Below are positions 47,569-56,275 of a stretch of 64,000 bases of DNA, piece after piece. The stretch lies in assembly GCA_016869765.1 (NCBI GenBank), contig VGES01000007.1, positions 13,708 to 77,707 on the forward strand, in the 5' to 3' direction. Both the position numbers and the translations under genes were made by a program. The DNA comes from Alphaproteobacteria bacterium. Lineage in GTDB: Bacteria > Pseudomonadota > Alphaproteobacteria > SHVP01. Position 1 is the stretch's first letter, and each line of letters begins with the position of its first letter. The notes under the pieces were generated by a model. That model made no database searches and had not been told where the DNA came from. It saw only the letters and a program-made list of their open reading frames with translations.

Positions 47569-48137
47569 CCGGCGACTTTTTTGACCGAGAACTCGCTGAA
47601 CATGAGGCAGTGGTGCGCGGCGTCCGACCGTTGGCGAACCCCTTCGGCAAACTTGTGAGCGTCTGCGTCACATGCCTCCATGCCGGGGGCAAACTCATGT
47701 TCTTCGGCAACGGGGGGAGTGCCGCCGATGCGCAGCACCTCGCGACCGAACTGACCGTTCGCTACATCGACAACCGCCGTGCGCTCGCAGCAATTGCCCT
47801 GACCACGGATACCTCGGCGCTCACGGCGATTGGCAACGATCTTGGCTTCGAGCAGCTTTTTGCACGTCAAATCGAAGCGTTGGGCAGGGCGGGCGATGTC
47901 GCCATTGCAATTTCGACCTCCGGGCGCAGCCCCAACGTGACCCTGGCGCTCAAGCAGGCGCGGACCATGGGGATCGTGGCAGCTGCGTTGACCGGAAAGG
48001 GTGGCGGGGATCTCGTCGGCCTCGCCGATCCCATCCTGGTCGTTCCCTCCCGAACGACCGCGCGCATCCAGGAGATGCATATCATGCTGGGCCAGATGCT
48101 CTGCGGCGCGATCGAGTACGAACTCGGCCTGGCATGA
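47565..48137 (+). CDS. gmhA: Phosphoheptose (sedoheptulose-7-phosphate) isomerase, SIS domain
   Basis: ATG at 47565 verified (ATGA overlap with the upstream stop). KLMFFGNGGSAADAQHLATEL and AISTSGRSPNV are SIS/GmhA motifs. Confidence 0.8.
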   Translation: MTGDFFDRELAEHEAVVRGVRPLANPFGKLVSVCVTCLHAGGKLMFFGNGGSAADAQHLATELTVRYIDNRRALAAIALTTDTSALTAIGNDLGFEQLFARQIEALGRAGDVAIAISTSGRSPNVTLALKQARTMGIVAAALTGKGGGDLVGLADPILVVPSRTTARIQEMHIMLGQMLCGAIEYELGLA

Positions 48138-49435
48138 GCGGTGGTTCCGCCTGGGTTGTGGCCTATCGATTGGCCCTGACCCTCACAGCCCCGATTGCCC
48201 CCCTCGTCCTTCGTCACCGTCTTCGGCGAGGCAAGGAGCATCCGGATCGCTGGTGTGAGCGTCTCGGGATCGCCGGACAGCCAAGGCCGCCGGGAGCTCT
48301 TGTGTGGTTGCACGGGGCCAGTATCGGCGAGGTCCTGTCGGCGTTGCCATTCGCCGAGCAGATCACCCGAGAGCATCCGTCCGTCAATCTTCTTTTCACC
48401 AGTGGCACCGTGACGTCGGCGGAGCTCCTTCAAAAAAGGCTTCCGCCGTGTGCTCGACACCAGTTCTACCCACTGGATATTCCGGGTGCTGTGCGTAGGT
48501 TCCTGGACCATTGGCGCCCGGATCTGATGCTGTGGATCGAATCGGAGTTTTGGCCATCGATGTTGACGGAGGCCAAACGACGGAACGTTCCAAGAGTCTT
48601 GGTCAACGGCCGAATGTCCCCGCGGTCGTTCGAGCGCTGGCGCCGGATGCCGGCGATGGCCGCCGAACTCGTTTCCGGCTTCGACCTTTGCCTCGCCCAG
48701 TCCGAACGTGATGGCGAACGCCTCCGGGCACTCGGGGGCTCTGAGGTCCGGGTCGCGGGGAATCTGAAGTTCGCCGCGACACCATTGCCCGTCGACGAAA
48801 CCGAGCTCACCCACTGGAAACGGGCGTTCGACGGTCGGCCGCGGTGGTTGGCGGCCAGCACTCATCCTGGCGAAGAGGCGTTCGCCGCGCGGGTGCACGT
48901 TGCGCTCGCACGGACTTACCCTGATCTGTTGACGGTCATCGTGCCCCGCCACCCCGATCGCGGTGCAGCCATCGAGGAAGAACTGCGCGCTTCGGGACTG
49001 CGAATCGTGCGTCGTTCTCAGCACCGCGAAGCGAGGGCTGACACACAAGTCTATCTGGCGGATACCTTCGGGGAACTGGGGCTTTGGTACCGATTTTGTC
49101 CGCTAACACTGATCGGAAAGTCGCTCCTTAACGGCGGCGGCCAGAACCCGATCGAACCGGCAATTCTCGGCTGTGCCGTGCTGTTTGGCCCGCACATGGA
49201 CAACTTTGAGCCGATTGCGACCGAACTCGCACAATGTGGAGCGGCACGTCGCTTTGTCGACGAAGCGGACTTGGTTAACCAGCTTTTGCGCTGTCTGAAC
49301 GATCGCGGGATAACCGACGCGATGGGGGCTGCAGGCCGGGCCTTCGCCATGCAGCATGGCAACTCCCTGGGTATGACGATGGATTCGATTCGCCCATTCC
49401 TCGAGCGTCTCCCACCGTCGCCCGAAGTGACGTAG
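48134..49435 (+). CDS. waaA: 3-deoxy-D-manno-octulosonic-acid (Kdo) transferase
   Basis: ATG at 48134 verified (ATGA overlap with the gmhA stop). N-terminal ...LVWLHGASIGEVLSALPF is the KdtA/WaaA signature. 433 aa. Confidence 0.8.
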   Translation: MSGGSAWVVAYRLALTLTAPIAPLVLRHRLRRGKEHPDRWCERLGIAGQPRPPGALVWLHGASIGEVLSALPFAEQITREHPSVNLLFTSGTVTSAELLQKRLPPCARHQFYPLDIPGAVRRFLDHWRPDLMLWIESEFWPSMLTEAKRRNVPRVLVNGRMSPRSFERWRRMPAMAAELVSGFDLCLAQSERDGERLRALGGSEVRVAGNLKFAATPLPVDETELTHWKRAFDGRPRWLAASTHPGEEAFAARVHVALARTYPDLLTVIVPRHPDRGAAIEEELRASGLRIVRRSQHREARADTQVYLADTFGELGLWYRFCPLTLIGKSLLNGGGQNPIEPAILGCAVLFGPHMDNFEPIATELAQCGAARRFVDEADLVNQLLRCLNDRGITDAMGAAGRAFAMQHGNSLGMTMDSIRPFLERLPPSPEVT

Positions 49436-49455
49436 AATTCACCTGGGGACAGCCG

Positions 49456-50481
49456 ATGGATTACGTCGTCTATGCATTGACGGCCGCCGCGACCCTCGCC
49501 ATTTGCTGGCGGGCCGACGCGATCGCGCGCGTTCTCGGCGTTATGGACGAACCTGACGGCAAACGAAAATTGCATGCTCGCGCGACCCCGCTCGTCGGGG
49601 GCCTCGCGATCATGCTGCCGGTGATCGGCCTTGGACTCCTCTGCGCTCTGACCCCTCCGCTCGACCGCTTCTTTCTCGCGATTGCTCTGGCCGGGGGTGG
49701 GGCGACGCTGCTCGGTTATCTCGATGATCGCCGGCATATCCCGGCGCTTCGTCGCCTCATCGTGTCGGTGGCGATCGGCGCAGGCGCCATGCTGTATGCG
49801 CCTGGTTTCGTGGTCGACGTGCTGCACTTCAGTCTTCCCGGCGCCACGTTCTTCCTCGGGGTCCCTGCGGGCGTCACCTTCACGATGTTCTGCCTCGTCG
49901 GCCTGCAGAACGCCGTCAACATGGCGGATGGCAAGAACGGTCTCGTCATCGGCATGGCGCTCATCTGGGTCCTCATTCTGATGGCACACGCCCCCGAGCC
50001 ACTGGTTCCGCTGCTCGTGGTGTTCTCCATTGGCCTCGCGATCACGTTCGTGTTCAACGTCCGCGGGCGGCTTTTTCTCGGTGACGCCGGTACCTATGGA
50101 CTTTCGATGACTCTCGGGCTGATCGCCATCTACGTGTACGAAGTGACGCCCATGACCTTCCGGGCCGACACCGCGGCTCTTCTGTTCCTGATCCCCGTGG
50201 TCGACACCTTGCGGCTCATGCTGTTTCGCGCACTGGCGGGCCATTCTCCCTTCCGTTCCGACCGCTGCCATTTCCACCACATCTTGCTCGAGCTGATGCC
50301 CTGGCATTGGTCGTTGCTGGTCTACCTGGCGCTGGTCGCGATCCCGAGTTTCCTGGCGCGCTATTGGCCGGAGTGGGCGCTGCTGTGGGCCATCGGAGCC
50401 GTGGCCATCTACGTCTGTATTGCGGCCCTACGGTATCGGGTTGCAATGGCCCGTCCGCTGGGCCATCCGTTCACCGGCTGA
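49456..50481 (+). CDS. Polyprenyl-phosphate HexNAc-1-phosphate transferase (WecA/MraY GT4 family, initiating transferase)
   Basis: About 10 TM helices. DDxxD-like GYLDDRRHI and the MADGKNG region typical of MraY/WecA. Confidence 0.75.
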   Translation: MDYVVYALTAAATLAICWRADAIARVLGVMDEPDGKRKLHARATPLVGGLAIMLPVIGLGLLCALTPPLDRFFLAIALAGGGATLLGYLDDRRHIPALRRLIVSVAIGAGAMLYAPGFVVDVLHFSLPGATFFLGVPAGVTFTMFCLVGLQNAVNMADGKNGLVIGMALIWVLILMAHAPEPLVPLLVVFSIGLAITFVFNVRGRLFLGDAGTYGLSMTLGLIAIYVYEVTPMTFRADTAALLFLIPVVDTLRLMLFRALAGHSPFRSDRCHFHHILLELMPWHWSLLVYLALVAIPSFLARYWPEWALLWAIGAVAIYVCIAALRYRVAMARPLGHPFTG

Positions 50482-50500
50482 CGGACCCCGCCCGACCAGG

Positions 50501-51004
50501 CTAGGCGCGGTGCGGCACGATGTCGGCGCGATCCAATCCAACCCGCACGTTTCGCCCCAGGAACTGGAGCAGCACGATCACGCGATCATTGTCGGTCGCG
50601 CACTGGAAGATTCCAATCTGGTCACACAGCGAGGTCGTCACGATTCGCACCGCGTCCCCGGTCGTGAACTCACCTCCGCCGAGCGGGATGTAGCCATCCG
50701 AATCCTGGCGCTCTTGCAGCTCGGCGATGATTCGAGGGGAAACGACCGAGGGATGAGGGCCCATGCTGACGAGATCGACAACCCCGTTCGTCGACCTAAT
50801 GCGGCGCAGTGGGATATGTTCCAAGTCCGCCCTGACGAACAAGTAACGTGGAAACAACGGTCGCGCGACGATCGTCGTCTCCCGCGCGTGCCGACGAGTC
50901 TTGCGATATTCGGGAAGATAAACCTCGAGGCCGAGTTCCCAAAGATTGGAACGCGCCCAGCGCTCCCGGTTGGGTTGAGTGTAGGCGCAAAACCAAGCCG
51001 TCAC
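50501..51004 (-). CDS. NusG-paralog transcription antiterminator (RfaH/UpxY/LoaP-like, NGN + KOW)
   Basis: NGN-like N-terminus WFCAYTQPNRERWARSNLWELGLEVYLPEY...PLFPRYLFVRAD and a KOW-like FTTGDAVRIVTTSLCDQIGIF. Convergent with the wecA-like gene. Confidence 0.65.
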   Translation of the reverse strand: MTAWFCAYTQPNRERWARSNLWELGLEVYLPEYRKTRRHARETTIVARPLFPRYLFVRADLEHIPLRRIRSTNGVVDLVSMGPHPSVVSPRIIAELQERQDSDGYIPLGGGEFTTGDAVRIVTTSLCDQIGIFQCATDNDRVIVLLQFLGRNVRVGLDRADIVPHRA

Positions 51005-51630
51005 GGTCGTCTCACGATCTTGAGCAGCGGCGGGGCGAAAACGCGCTCGCGACCGTAGCCGTCGACGAGGGCGTCGTAGGCCGACTGCGGCGCCTTCGAG
51101 TCCGTCACGAGGAAGGCGGCGACGTTGCTGAGCGCAGCGGCATTGGTCACGGTTGGCACGCCCATGATCTCAGGGCCGCCCTCGGACGCAATGATTCCCG
51201 CAATGGCGACGCCTCGGTGGGACGCGAAGAGCAGAGCAATCTCCGAAAGGTCGCCACGGCCGACCAAGGCGATCGGCGTCAGCCGCTGGGTCGCCACCGT
51301 GTCGAGCAACTGTTCGATCTCGCTGCGGGCCCGGCGATAGAACCGCAAGGAATCGGAAAGGTATTGCGCCGTCAGGCGTCCCTTTTCGCTGAAGCCTTTG
51401 GGCGTGAGGTAATAGGCGTAACGGTTCGCCGGCGCTTCCGACACCTTAATGAGGCCCTTGCGGATGCACCGCTTGAGGTAGGCGTTGGTCAGGCCGAGCG
51501 CGATGCCCAATTCCTGGGCCAAAGATCGTTGCGATCGCTGACCGTCGCTCTCGACGGCCTGAAGCAAACCCAGCGTAATTTCGCCTTCGATTGGGCCGCC
51601 GCCCACGGGGGCGCCGTTCCTCGTGTTCAT
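51001..51630 (-). CDS. Winged-HTH transcriptional regulator with C-terminal Rossmann-like domain
   Basis: LLQAVESDGQRSQRSLAQELGIALGLTNAYLKRCIRKGLI (wHTH). 4-nt overlap with the NusG-paralog gene, so the two form one operon. The start codon is embedded in a palindromic element. Confidence 0.5.
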   Translation of the reverse strand: MNTRNGAPVGGGPIEGEITLGLLQAVESDGQRSQRSLAQELGIALGLTNAYLKRCIRKGLIKVSEAPANRYAYYLTPKGFSEKGRLTAQYLSDSLRFYRRARSEIEQLLDTVATQRLTPIALVGRGDLSEIALLFASHRGVAIAGIIASEGGPEIMGVPTVTNAAALSNVAAFLVTDSKAPQSAYDALVDGYGRERVFAPPLLKIVRRP

Positions 51631-51663
51631 GGCGTGAACACTAGGGTGTTCATGCCATGAACG
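51623..51663. promoter_or_regulatory. Tandem palindromic operator-like element in divergent regulator/HK promoter region
   Basis: GTGTTCA-n5-TGAACAC-n4-GTGTTCA-n5-TGAACG: four alternating 7-bp half-sites. The regulator ATG (cat at 51628-51630) lies inside the first half-site. Confidence 0.4.
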
Positions 51664-51703
51664 TCAAGGACCGCGCGTTGACAGTGGCGTCGTCCGGAGG
51701 ACA

Positions 51704-54268
51704 ATGACGCGTCCGCCGCAAAGGATTCTCCGAATTTCGACCCCATCGCCTTATCGCCCGTCGCTGCGCGCGTTGGTCGCGGGTGGCGTCATTGCCGCCG
51801 CGGCCATCGCTGTGGCGTTGCTGTGGCGGGGGGCTGAAAATGCCCATCAGGTGGCGGATCTCCAGATCCGGCGCCTCGCGGCACTCGAGCGGGACGTCCG
51901 AGCGGCAGCCATCGTTGCCCAGGAACTGGCTCTGGTGGAACGCCGCCAGGAAGCGGAGGTGGTCGCAGATCGTGCGCTCGCCTTGGTGGTGACCCTGCGG
52001 CAGGCGACGAGCGGGTTGCCGGGATCGGCGCCGAGTGGCGAGGTTGTGCGGGTCGGTGCCGATCTGGCGCGTAGCGTCGATGGACTGCTTGGCGACCTGA
52101 ACGATCTGGCAGTCGATGGCGGCGAGCGGTCGCTACGCGCGACGCGGGCCGCGGCGATCGTCGATGCCGTCCGCGGTCCGGTGACCGAAAACGCACTCCG
52201 GTTGGTCGTTGCGATCGAAGAGCGCCGCGCCGAGCGCGTCGGTCTCTACACGACGATCGGCTACGTCCTCACCACGGTCCTGGCGGGTTTGGCGCTCGGT
52301 TCGATGGCCAGGCGCCGCCGCTCCGAGCGTCCCGCTCGCGAAACCTCGGCGGTCTCCGGCCGACATGCGCCGGCCGACATCCTCGGTCAATTGGCTGCGG
52401 GTGGAGCACTGTTCGATGCCCAGGATCGGCTGATCTACGCCAACGAGGCGTTCCGCGACGTCTTCGAGGTGGGCGATGACCCGATCCCGGCCGGCACGCC
52501 CTATGAGATGGTCTTTCGCGGGGCCGCCGTCAAAGGCCGCATCGCCGGCGTACGGCGCGATGAAACCGATTGGCTCGCGCGGCGCATGGAGCGTCATCGC
52601 GATGAAGGGACGGTTCGCGACAAGTTGTCCACCAGCACCGGCCGGTCGTTCGAAACCATGGAAACGCGCCTCGCCAACGGTGGCACTTTCGTTCTGCATA
52701 TCGACGTCACCGACTACGAACGACGGGAAGCGGCGCGCCAAACCGCCGAGCAAAAGGCTCTGGCGATGCTCGACACCGTTTTCGACGGCGTCATGACGTT
52801 CGATGTCGACGGCACGATCGATACGGTCAACAAACGGACGGCCGACATTTTTTCCTACCAGGTCGAAGACCTACGCGGTCGCCCATTGCGCACGATCATG
52901 CCTCATCTCGATCTCAAGCAGGCGCTCAACGGCGACCTTTCCAATGGCACCTTGTCCGAAATCGTCGGTCGTCGGCGGGACGGAAACGAGTTTCCGCTCG
53001 AGATCTCCGGCAACGAAATCAAAGACACTTGGTCCCTGGCGGATCGGCGCCGGGCACAGCGGCGGACCTTCATGTTTACGCTGCGCGATGTGACCCGGCA
53101 AAAACAACTCGCACGCCAGGTCGAACAGGCGCAACGCATGGACGCCATCGGCACGCTCGCCGGCGGCATTGCCCACGACTTCAACAACATTCTTTCGATC
53201 ATCATGGGCTATGGCGGCCTCCTGCAGCAGGAATTGCCGGACGGCAGCGAAGGGCGCGAGCATGCGGACATGGTTGTCCAGGCGGCCCGCCGTGGGCGTG
53301 GCCTGGTGGATCAGATACTGACCTTCAGCCGGCGCACCGATCTTCAGAAGAAACCGCTCGACCCCGCGCCTGTCGTCAAAGAAGCGCTCAAACTCATGCG
53401 CTCGACCTTGCCCGTGACCCTTCGCATCGAACAGTCCATCGATTCGCGAGGACGTACCGTCGTGGCCGATCCGTCGCAGCTCCATCAGGTGCTAGTCAAC
53501 CTGTGCACCAATGCCGCCCAGGCGATCGGCGACCGTCCAGGGGAAGTTCGTGTGGGCCTCGATGTTCGACCTTTGTCGGCCTCGGATGCCGAGCGCCTGG
53601 GAGTCCCGGCGGGCGACTATTTCCGTCTGACCGTGGCCGACGATGGGGCCGGGATCGACTCGGCGATCCGGGAACGGGTGTTCGAACCGTTCTTCACGAC
53701 CAAGGAACGTGGTCGCGGAACGGGTCTCGGGCTATCGGTGGTGCACGGCATCGTCAGCGATCTCGGCGGCTCGATTGCTCTCACGAGTGCTGTCGGCAAG
53801 GGCACCACGTTCGAAATCTTGCTGCCCGCAGACCGCGCGCCGGCCGTTCCCGAGGTCGCCACCGAACCGGGACGCGCGCCGCTTGGAAAGGCCCGCGTTC
53901 TCTTCGTCGATGACGAAGAGCCGATCGTTCGCATGGGGCAGAAGGTGCTGGCGCGCCTGGGCTACACGGTTGTCGGTGCGACGATCTCGGAAGAAGCGTT
54001 GGCAGCCTTCCGAGCCACGCCGCAGAGTTTCGACCTCGTCATTACCGATCAGACGATGCCTGGCCTCACGGGTGATGCTTTGGTTCGCGAGATCCGGCGT
54101 TTGCGCCCGGATATTCCGATCATCCTCTGCACGGGTTACAGCCAGTCGGTCGGGGTCGACGAAGCCAAGCGACTCGGGATCGACCGGTTCCTGATGAAGC
54201 CGCTCGAGGCGTCCGAACTCGGCCAAGCGGTCGGCGAAGCACTGGCTGCGGAAGACCGCAGCGGCTAG
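51704..54268 (+). CDS. Hybrid sensor histidine kinase (TM, PAS x2, HisKA, HATPase_c, C-terminal receiver)
   Basis: H-box IAHDFNNILSIIMGY, G-boxes in ...GTGLGLSVV..., and REC VLFVDDEEPIV...DLVITDQTMPGLTG. SD ggagga lies 4 nt upstream of ATG 51704. Confidence 0.85.
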   Translation: MTRPPQRILRISTPSPYRPSLRALVAGGVIAAAAIAVALLWRGAENAHQVADLQIRRLAALERDVRAAAIVAQELALVERRQEAEVVADRALALVVTLRQATSGLPGSAPSGEVVRVGADLARSVDGLLGDLNDLAVDGGERSLRATRAAAIVDAVRGPVTENALRLVVAIEERRAERVGLYTTIGYVLTTVLAGLALGSMARRRRSERPARETSAVSGRHAPADILGQLAAGGALFDAQDRLIYANEAFRDVFEVGDDPIPAGTPYEMVFRGAAVKGRIAGVRRDETDWLARRMERHRDEGTVRDKLSTSTGRSFETMETRLANGGTFVLHIDVTDYERREAARQTAEQKALAMLDTVFDGVMTFDVDGTIDTVNKRTADIFSYQVEDLRGRPLRTIMPHLDLKQALNGDLSNGTLSEIVGRRRDGNEFPLEISGNEIKDTWSLADRRRAQRRTFMFTLRDVTRQKQLARQVEQAQRMDAIGTLAGGIAHDFNNILSIIMGYGGLLQQELPDGSEGREHADMVVQAARRGRGLVDQILTFSRRTDLQKKPLDPAPVVKEALKLMRSTLPVTLRIEQSIDSRGRTVVADPSQLHQVLVNLCTNAAQAIGDRPGEVRVGLDVRPLSASDAERLGVPAGDYFRLTVADDGAGIDSAIRERVFEPFFTTKERGRGTGLGLSVVHGIVSDLGGSIALTSAVGKGTTFEILLPADRAPAVPEVATEPGRAPLGKARVLFVDDEEPIVRMGQKVLARLGYTVVGATISEEALAAFRATPQSFDLVITDQTMPGLTGDALVREIRRLRPDIPIILCTGYSQSVGVDEAKRLGIDRFLMKPLEASELGQAVGEALAAEDRSG

Positions 54269-54311
54269 CTTGCCGCCGCCGCACCCGCCTCTTATGGTGC
54301 GGCCGGTTCGA

Positions 54312-54386
54312 TGGGGCGTCGCCAAGTGGTAAGGCACCGGGTTTTGGTCCCGGCATTCGTGGGTTCGAATCCTACCGCCCCAACCA
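54312..54386 (+). tRNA. tRNA-Gln: tRNA-Gln (anticodon TTG)
   Basis: Cloverleaf folds by hand: acceptor TGGGGCG/CGCCCCA, D-arm GCC-AAGTGGTAA-GGC, anticodon stem CCGGG/CCCGG with loop TTTTGGT, T-arm GTGGG-TTCGAAT-CCTAC, discriminator A, encoded CCA. Confidence 0.85.
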
Positions 54387-54543
54387 ACCCCTCAATTATC
54401 CGGCCCGGAGACATAGGTAACAGCTTGTACCGGAGACACGGGTTACAACCCGTGGCCAAACGGGTTGTCTGTGGGTTGCAGGTTTGTCCAGCTCAGATAG
54501 AAGAGACCAATCCCTCACCCATTGTCCGTACCCCGCGGGCGCG

Positions 54544-54873
54544 CTAAGCCGCTTCACGCAAGACTCTCATGACCGCGTTCGGCATCCGGGCGATAACCCT
54601 CAGATAATTTCTCGTTGCCGCGTCCAGGGTGCGCCGTCCTTGCTCCCAATCGCGCAGGCTTCCGACCGGTATCCCAAAGCGGACGGCGAAGGCGTTCTGC
54701 GATAAGCCGGTGACCGCGCGCGCGCGCCGAGCCAACATGGCTCCATGTCCGCGTTCGAAATCCGTATCCGAGAGTGGCGCGTCGCCATCCGGTTGCTTGA
54801 GTTTGCGCGCGGCAGACCGGAGCTTCGCTGAGTCAGCGCGGCGTTTCTTTGTAGCGCTTCGTTTCGCGGTCAT
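54544..54873 (-). CDS. brnA: BrnA-like antitoxin (DUF4415-type, C-terminal HTH)
   Basis: Basic N-terminus, PDGDAPLSDTDFERGHG and LSQNAFAVRFGIPVGSLRDWEQGRR are typical of BrnA/DUF4415 antitoxins. Lies directly downstream of the BrnT-like ORF. Confidence 0.55.
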   Translation of the reverse strand: MTAKRSATKKRRADSAKLRSAARKLKQPDGDAPLSDTDFERGHGAMLARRARAVTGLSQNAFAVRFGIPVGSLRDWEQGRRTLDAATRNYLRVIARMPNAVMRVLREAA

Positions 54874-54945
54874 TGGCCTTCCTCACGCTGATGATTCGAT
54901 AAACTCCACCTCGAGCGGCGAAGACGCAAACCCAGATCCGTTTCT

Positions 54946-55107
54946 CTACCATGCCATAGGCGACAAACCGTTCCTCGACGTCCAAGACCGAACGTCGAGA
55001 ACGTCAAGTCTGTTCGAATCGATCAGCACCTGGGTCCCGTAGGCGAGAGAAACACCGTGCTTTGCCCGGTTGCTCGCATCCTTGCCAGGATCGAAGGCGA
55101 TCCGCAT
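54946..55107 (-). pseudogene. brnT: BrnT-like (DUF497) toxin, apparently truncated or frameshifted
   Basis: MRIAFDPGKDASNRAKHGVSL matches the BrnT N-terminus (M-x-I-x-FDP-x-KD-x-SN-x-AKHGV), but only about 53 aa remain in frame, whereas BrnT is about 90 aa. Confidence 0.4.
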
Positions 55108-55220
55108 GGCTCGATAATACGGTATTCCCGTATGCCCCGAAACGGGATCTGGAGGTTCCGTTGTCTCTGGTAGCTTCTTTCGCCAATGTCTCGGGCCGCC
55201 TGATCGGTCAGCCGCCTCGG

Positions 55221-56210
55221 CTACTGATCGCAACGAATGGCGGGGCGGTAGACCTGATTGAGCTTCGAGCCGCTCGATCCACCCTGGCTCGTGCCACCGC
55301 CAACCACCCGGATCAGGCCATCGACGAATGCGGCACCGGTCACGCCATGCACGGGGAGCGGCATGTCGGGAAGCTTCGTCCAGCGGCCGGCGCGCGGGTC
55401 ATAGACGTCGTGATCGGGGAACACACCCGTGGTGTGTTCCCCGCCCCATACGTGAAAACAGCCGAACGCCATGGCGCCATTGATGCCGCTTCGGGGCCGC
55501 GGCAGGGCGGCGCCCGAGGTCCAGGTGCGGCTCGCGGGGTCGAAGTATTCGGTCACCGCAGTCAGCTCGCTCTGAAACCCTCCGCCCAGCCGACCGCCGA
55601 CGACCAGCATGCGGCTGCCGATCACGGCGCCGGCGATGTGGTTGCGCTGACTTGGCAGGGGCGGAAGCGTTTCCCATCGGTCGACAGCCGGGTCGTAGAC
55701 GGCAAAATCATTGCCGCGGGGTGGGCGTCCTCCTGCGACGTAGATCTTGCCTCCGAGCACCAGGGCAACCCCGGCACTCCGTTTGGATGGCATCGGCGCT
55801 TTCTCGACCCATCGCCCGATCTTGGGATCGAGCGCGTACACGGTGTCGACATAGGCGGTGGCCGGATCGGTCTGGCCGCCGATCAAGTAGATGACGCCCT
55901 CGACCGCGGCCGCCATTCCGTGGTTGTTGGGTTGCGGCAGCGGCGGGCCCAAACGCCAAGTATCCGACTTGGTATCGTATATCTGTACTGTCGTCACCGA
56001 CTGGCGGTTTGCGGGATAGCCGCCGAGCACATAGATCGTGCCTCCGGTTTCAGCAACGGCGAACTCCGAGTTGGCCTCGATCAGCTCTGCGCGCTTGCCC
56101 CAGGATCCTGGCGCGAGCTCGGCACCAAGCGCCGATGTGGCGCCCGGGATCAACCACGCGAGCAGCGCCGCCCGGCCAAGATCGACGAACGTGTTTCTTC
56201 GACGCATCAC
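55221..56210 (-). CDS. Secreted Kelch-repeat beta-propeller protein
   Basis: Signal peptide (AALLAWLIPGATSALG) and repeated ...YVLGG/YVAGG/MLVVGG... Kelch blades. Confidence 0.6.
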   Translation of the reverse strand: MMRRRNTFVDLGRAALLAWLIPGATSALGAELAPGSWGKRAELIEANSEFAVAETGGTIYVLGGYPANRQSVTTVQIYDTKSDTWRLGPPLPQPNNHGMAAAVEGVIYLIGGQTDPATAYVDTVYALDPKIGRWVEKAPMPSKRSAGVALVLGGKIYVAGGRPPRGNDFAVYDPAVDRWETLPPLPSQRNHIAGAVIGSRMLVVGGRLGGGFQSELTAVTEYFDPASRTWTSGAALPRPRSGINGAMAFGCFHVWGGEHTTGVFPDHDVYDPRAGRWTKLPDMPLPVHGVTGAAFVDGLIRVVGGGTSQGGSSGSKLNQVYRPAIRCDQ

Positions 56211-56275
56211 GCCCCCCTCGTCGGCCTCTCGTGGCCGTCGCGCGATACCTTACCGGGAAGCACGGTGGCGGGACT

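Noticed and set aside
47867-49048. 393-aa minus-strand ORF
   Set aside because: Antisense to waaA/kdtA, which has the diagnostic N-terminal signature. Arg-rich junk translation.
49051-50307. 418-aa minus-strand ORF (His/Arg/Asp-rich)
   Set aside because: Antisense to the WecA/MraY-family gene, whose TM-helix pattern and motifs are convincing. Low-complexity charged composition.
53029-53913. 294-aa alternate-frame ORF inside the hybrid histidine kinase gene, plus other internal ORFs 52133-53485
   Set aside because: The in-frame kinase ORF carries H-box, G-boxes and receiver motifs. Alternate frames are Arg/Pro-rich GC artefacts.
54270-54311. Inverted repeat CCGCACC...GGTGCGG between the kinase stop and the tRNA
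   Set aside because: A 7-bp stem with a 10-nt loop and no U-tract. Too weak to call a terminator.
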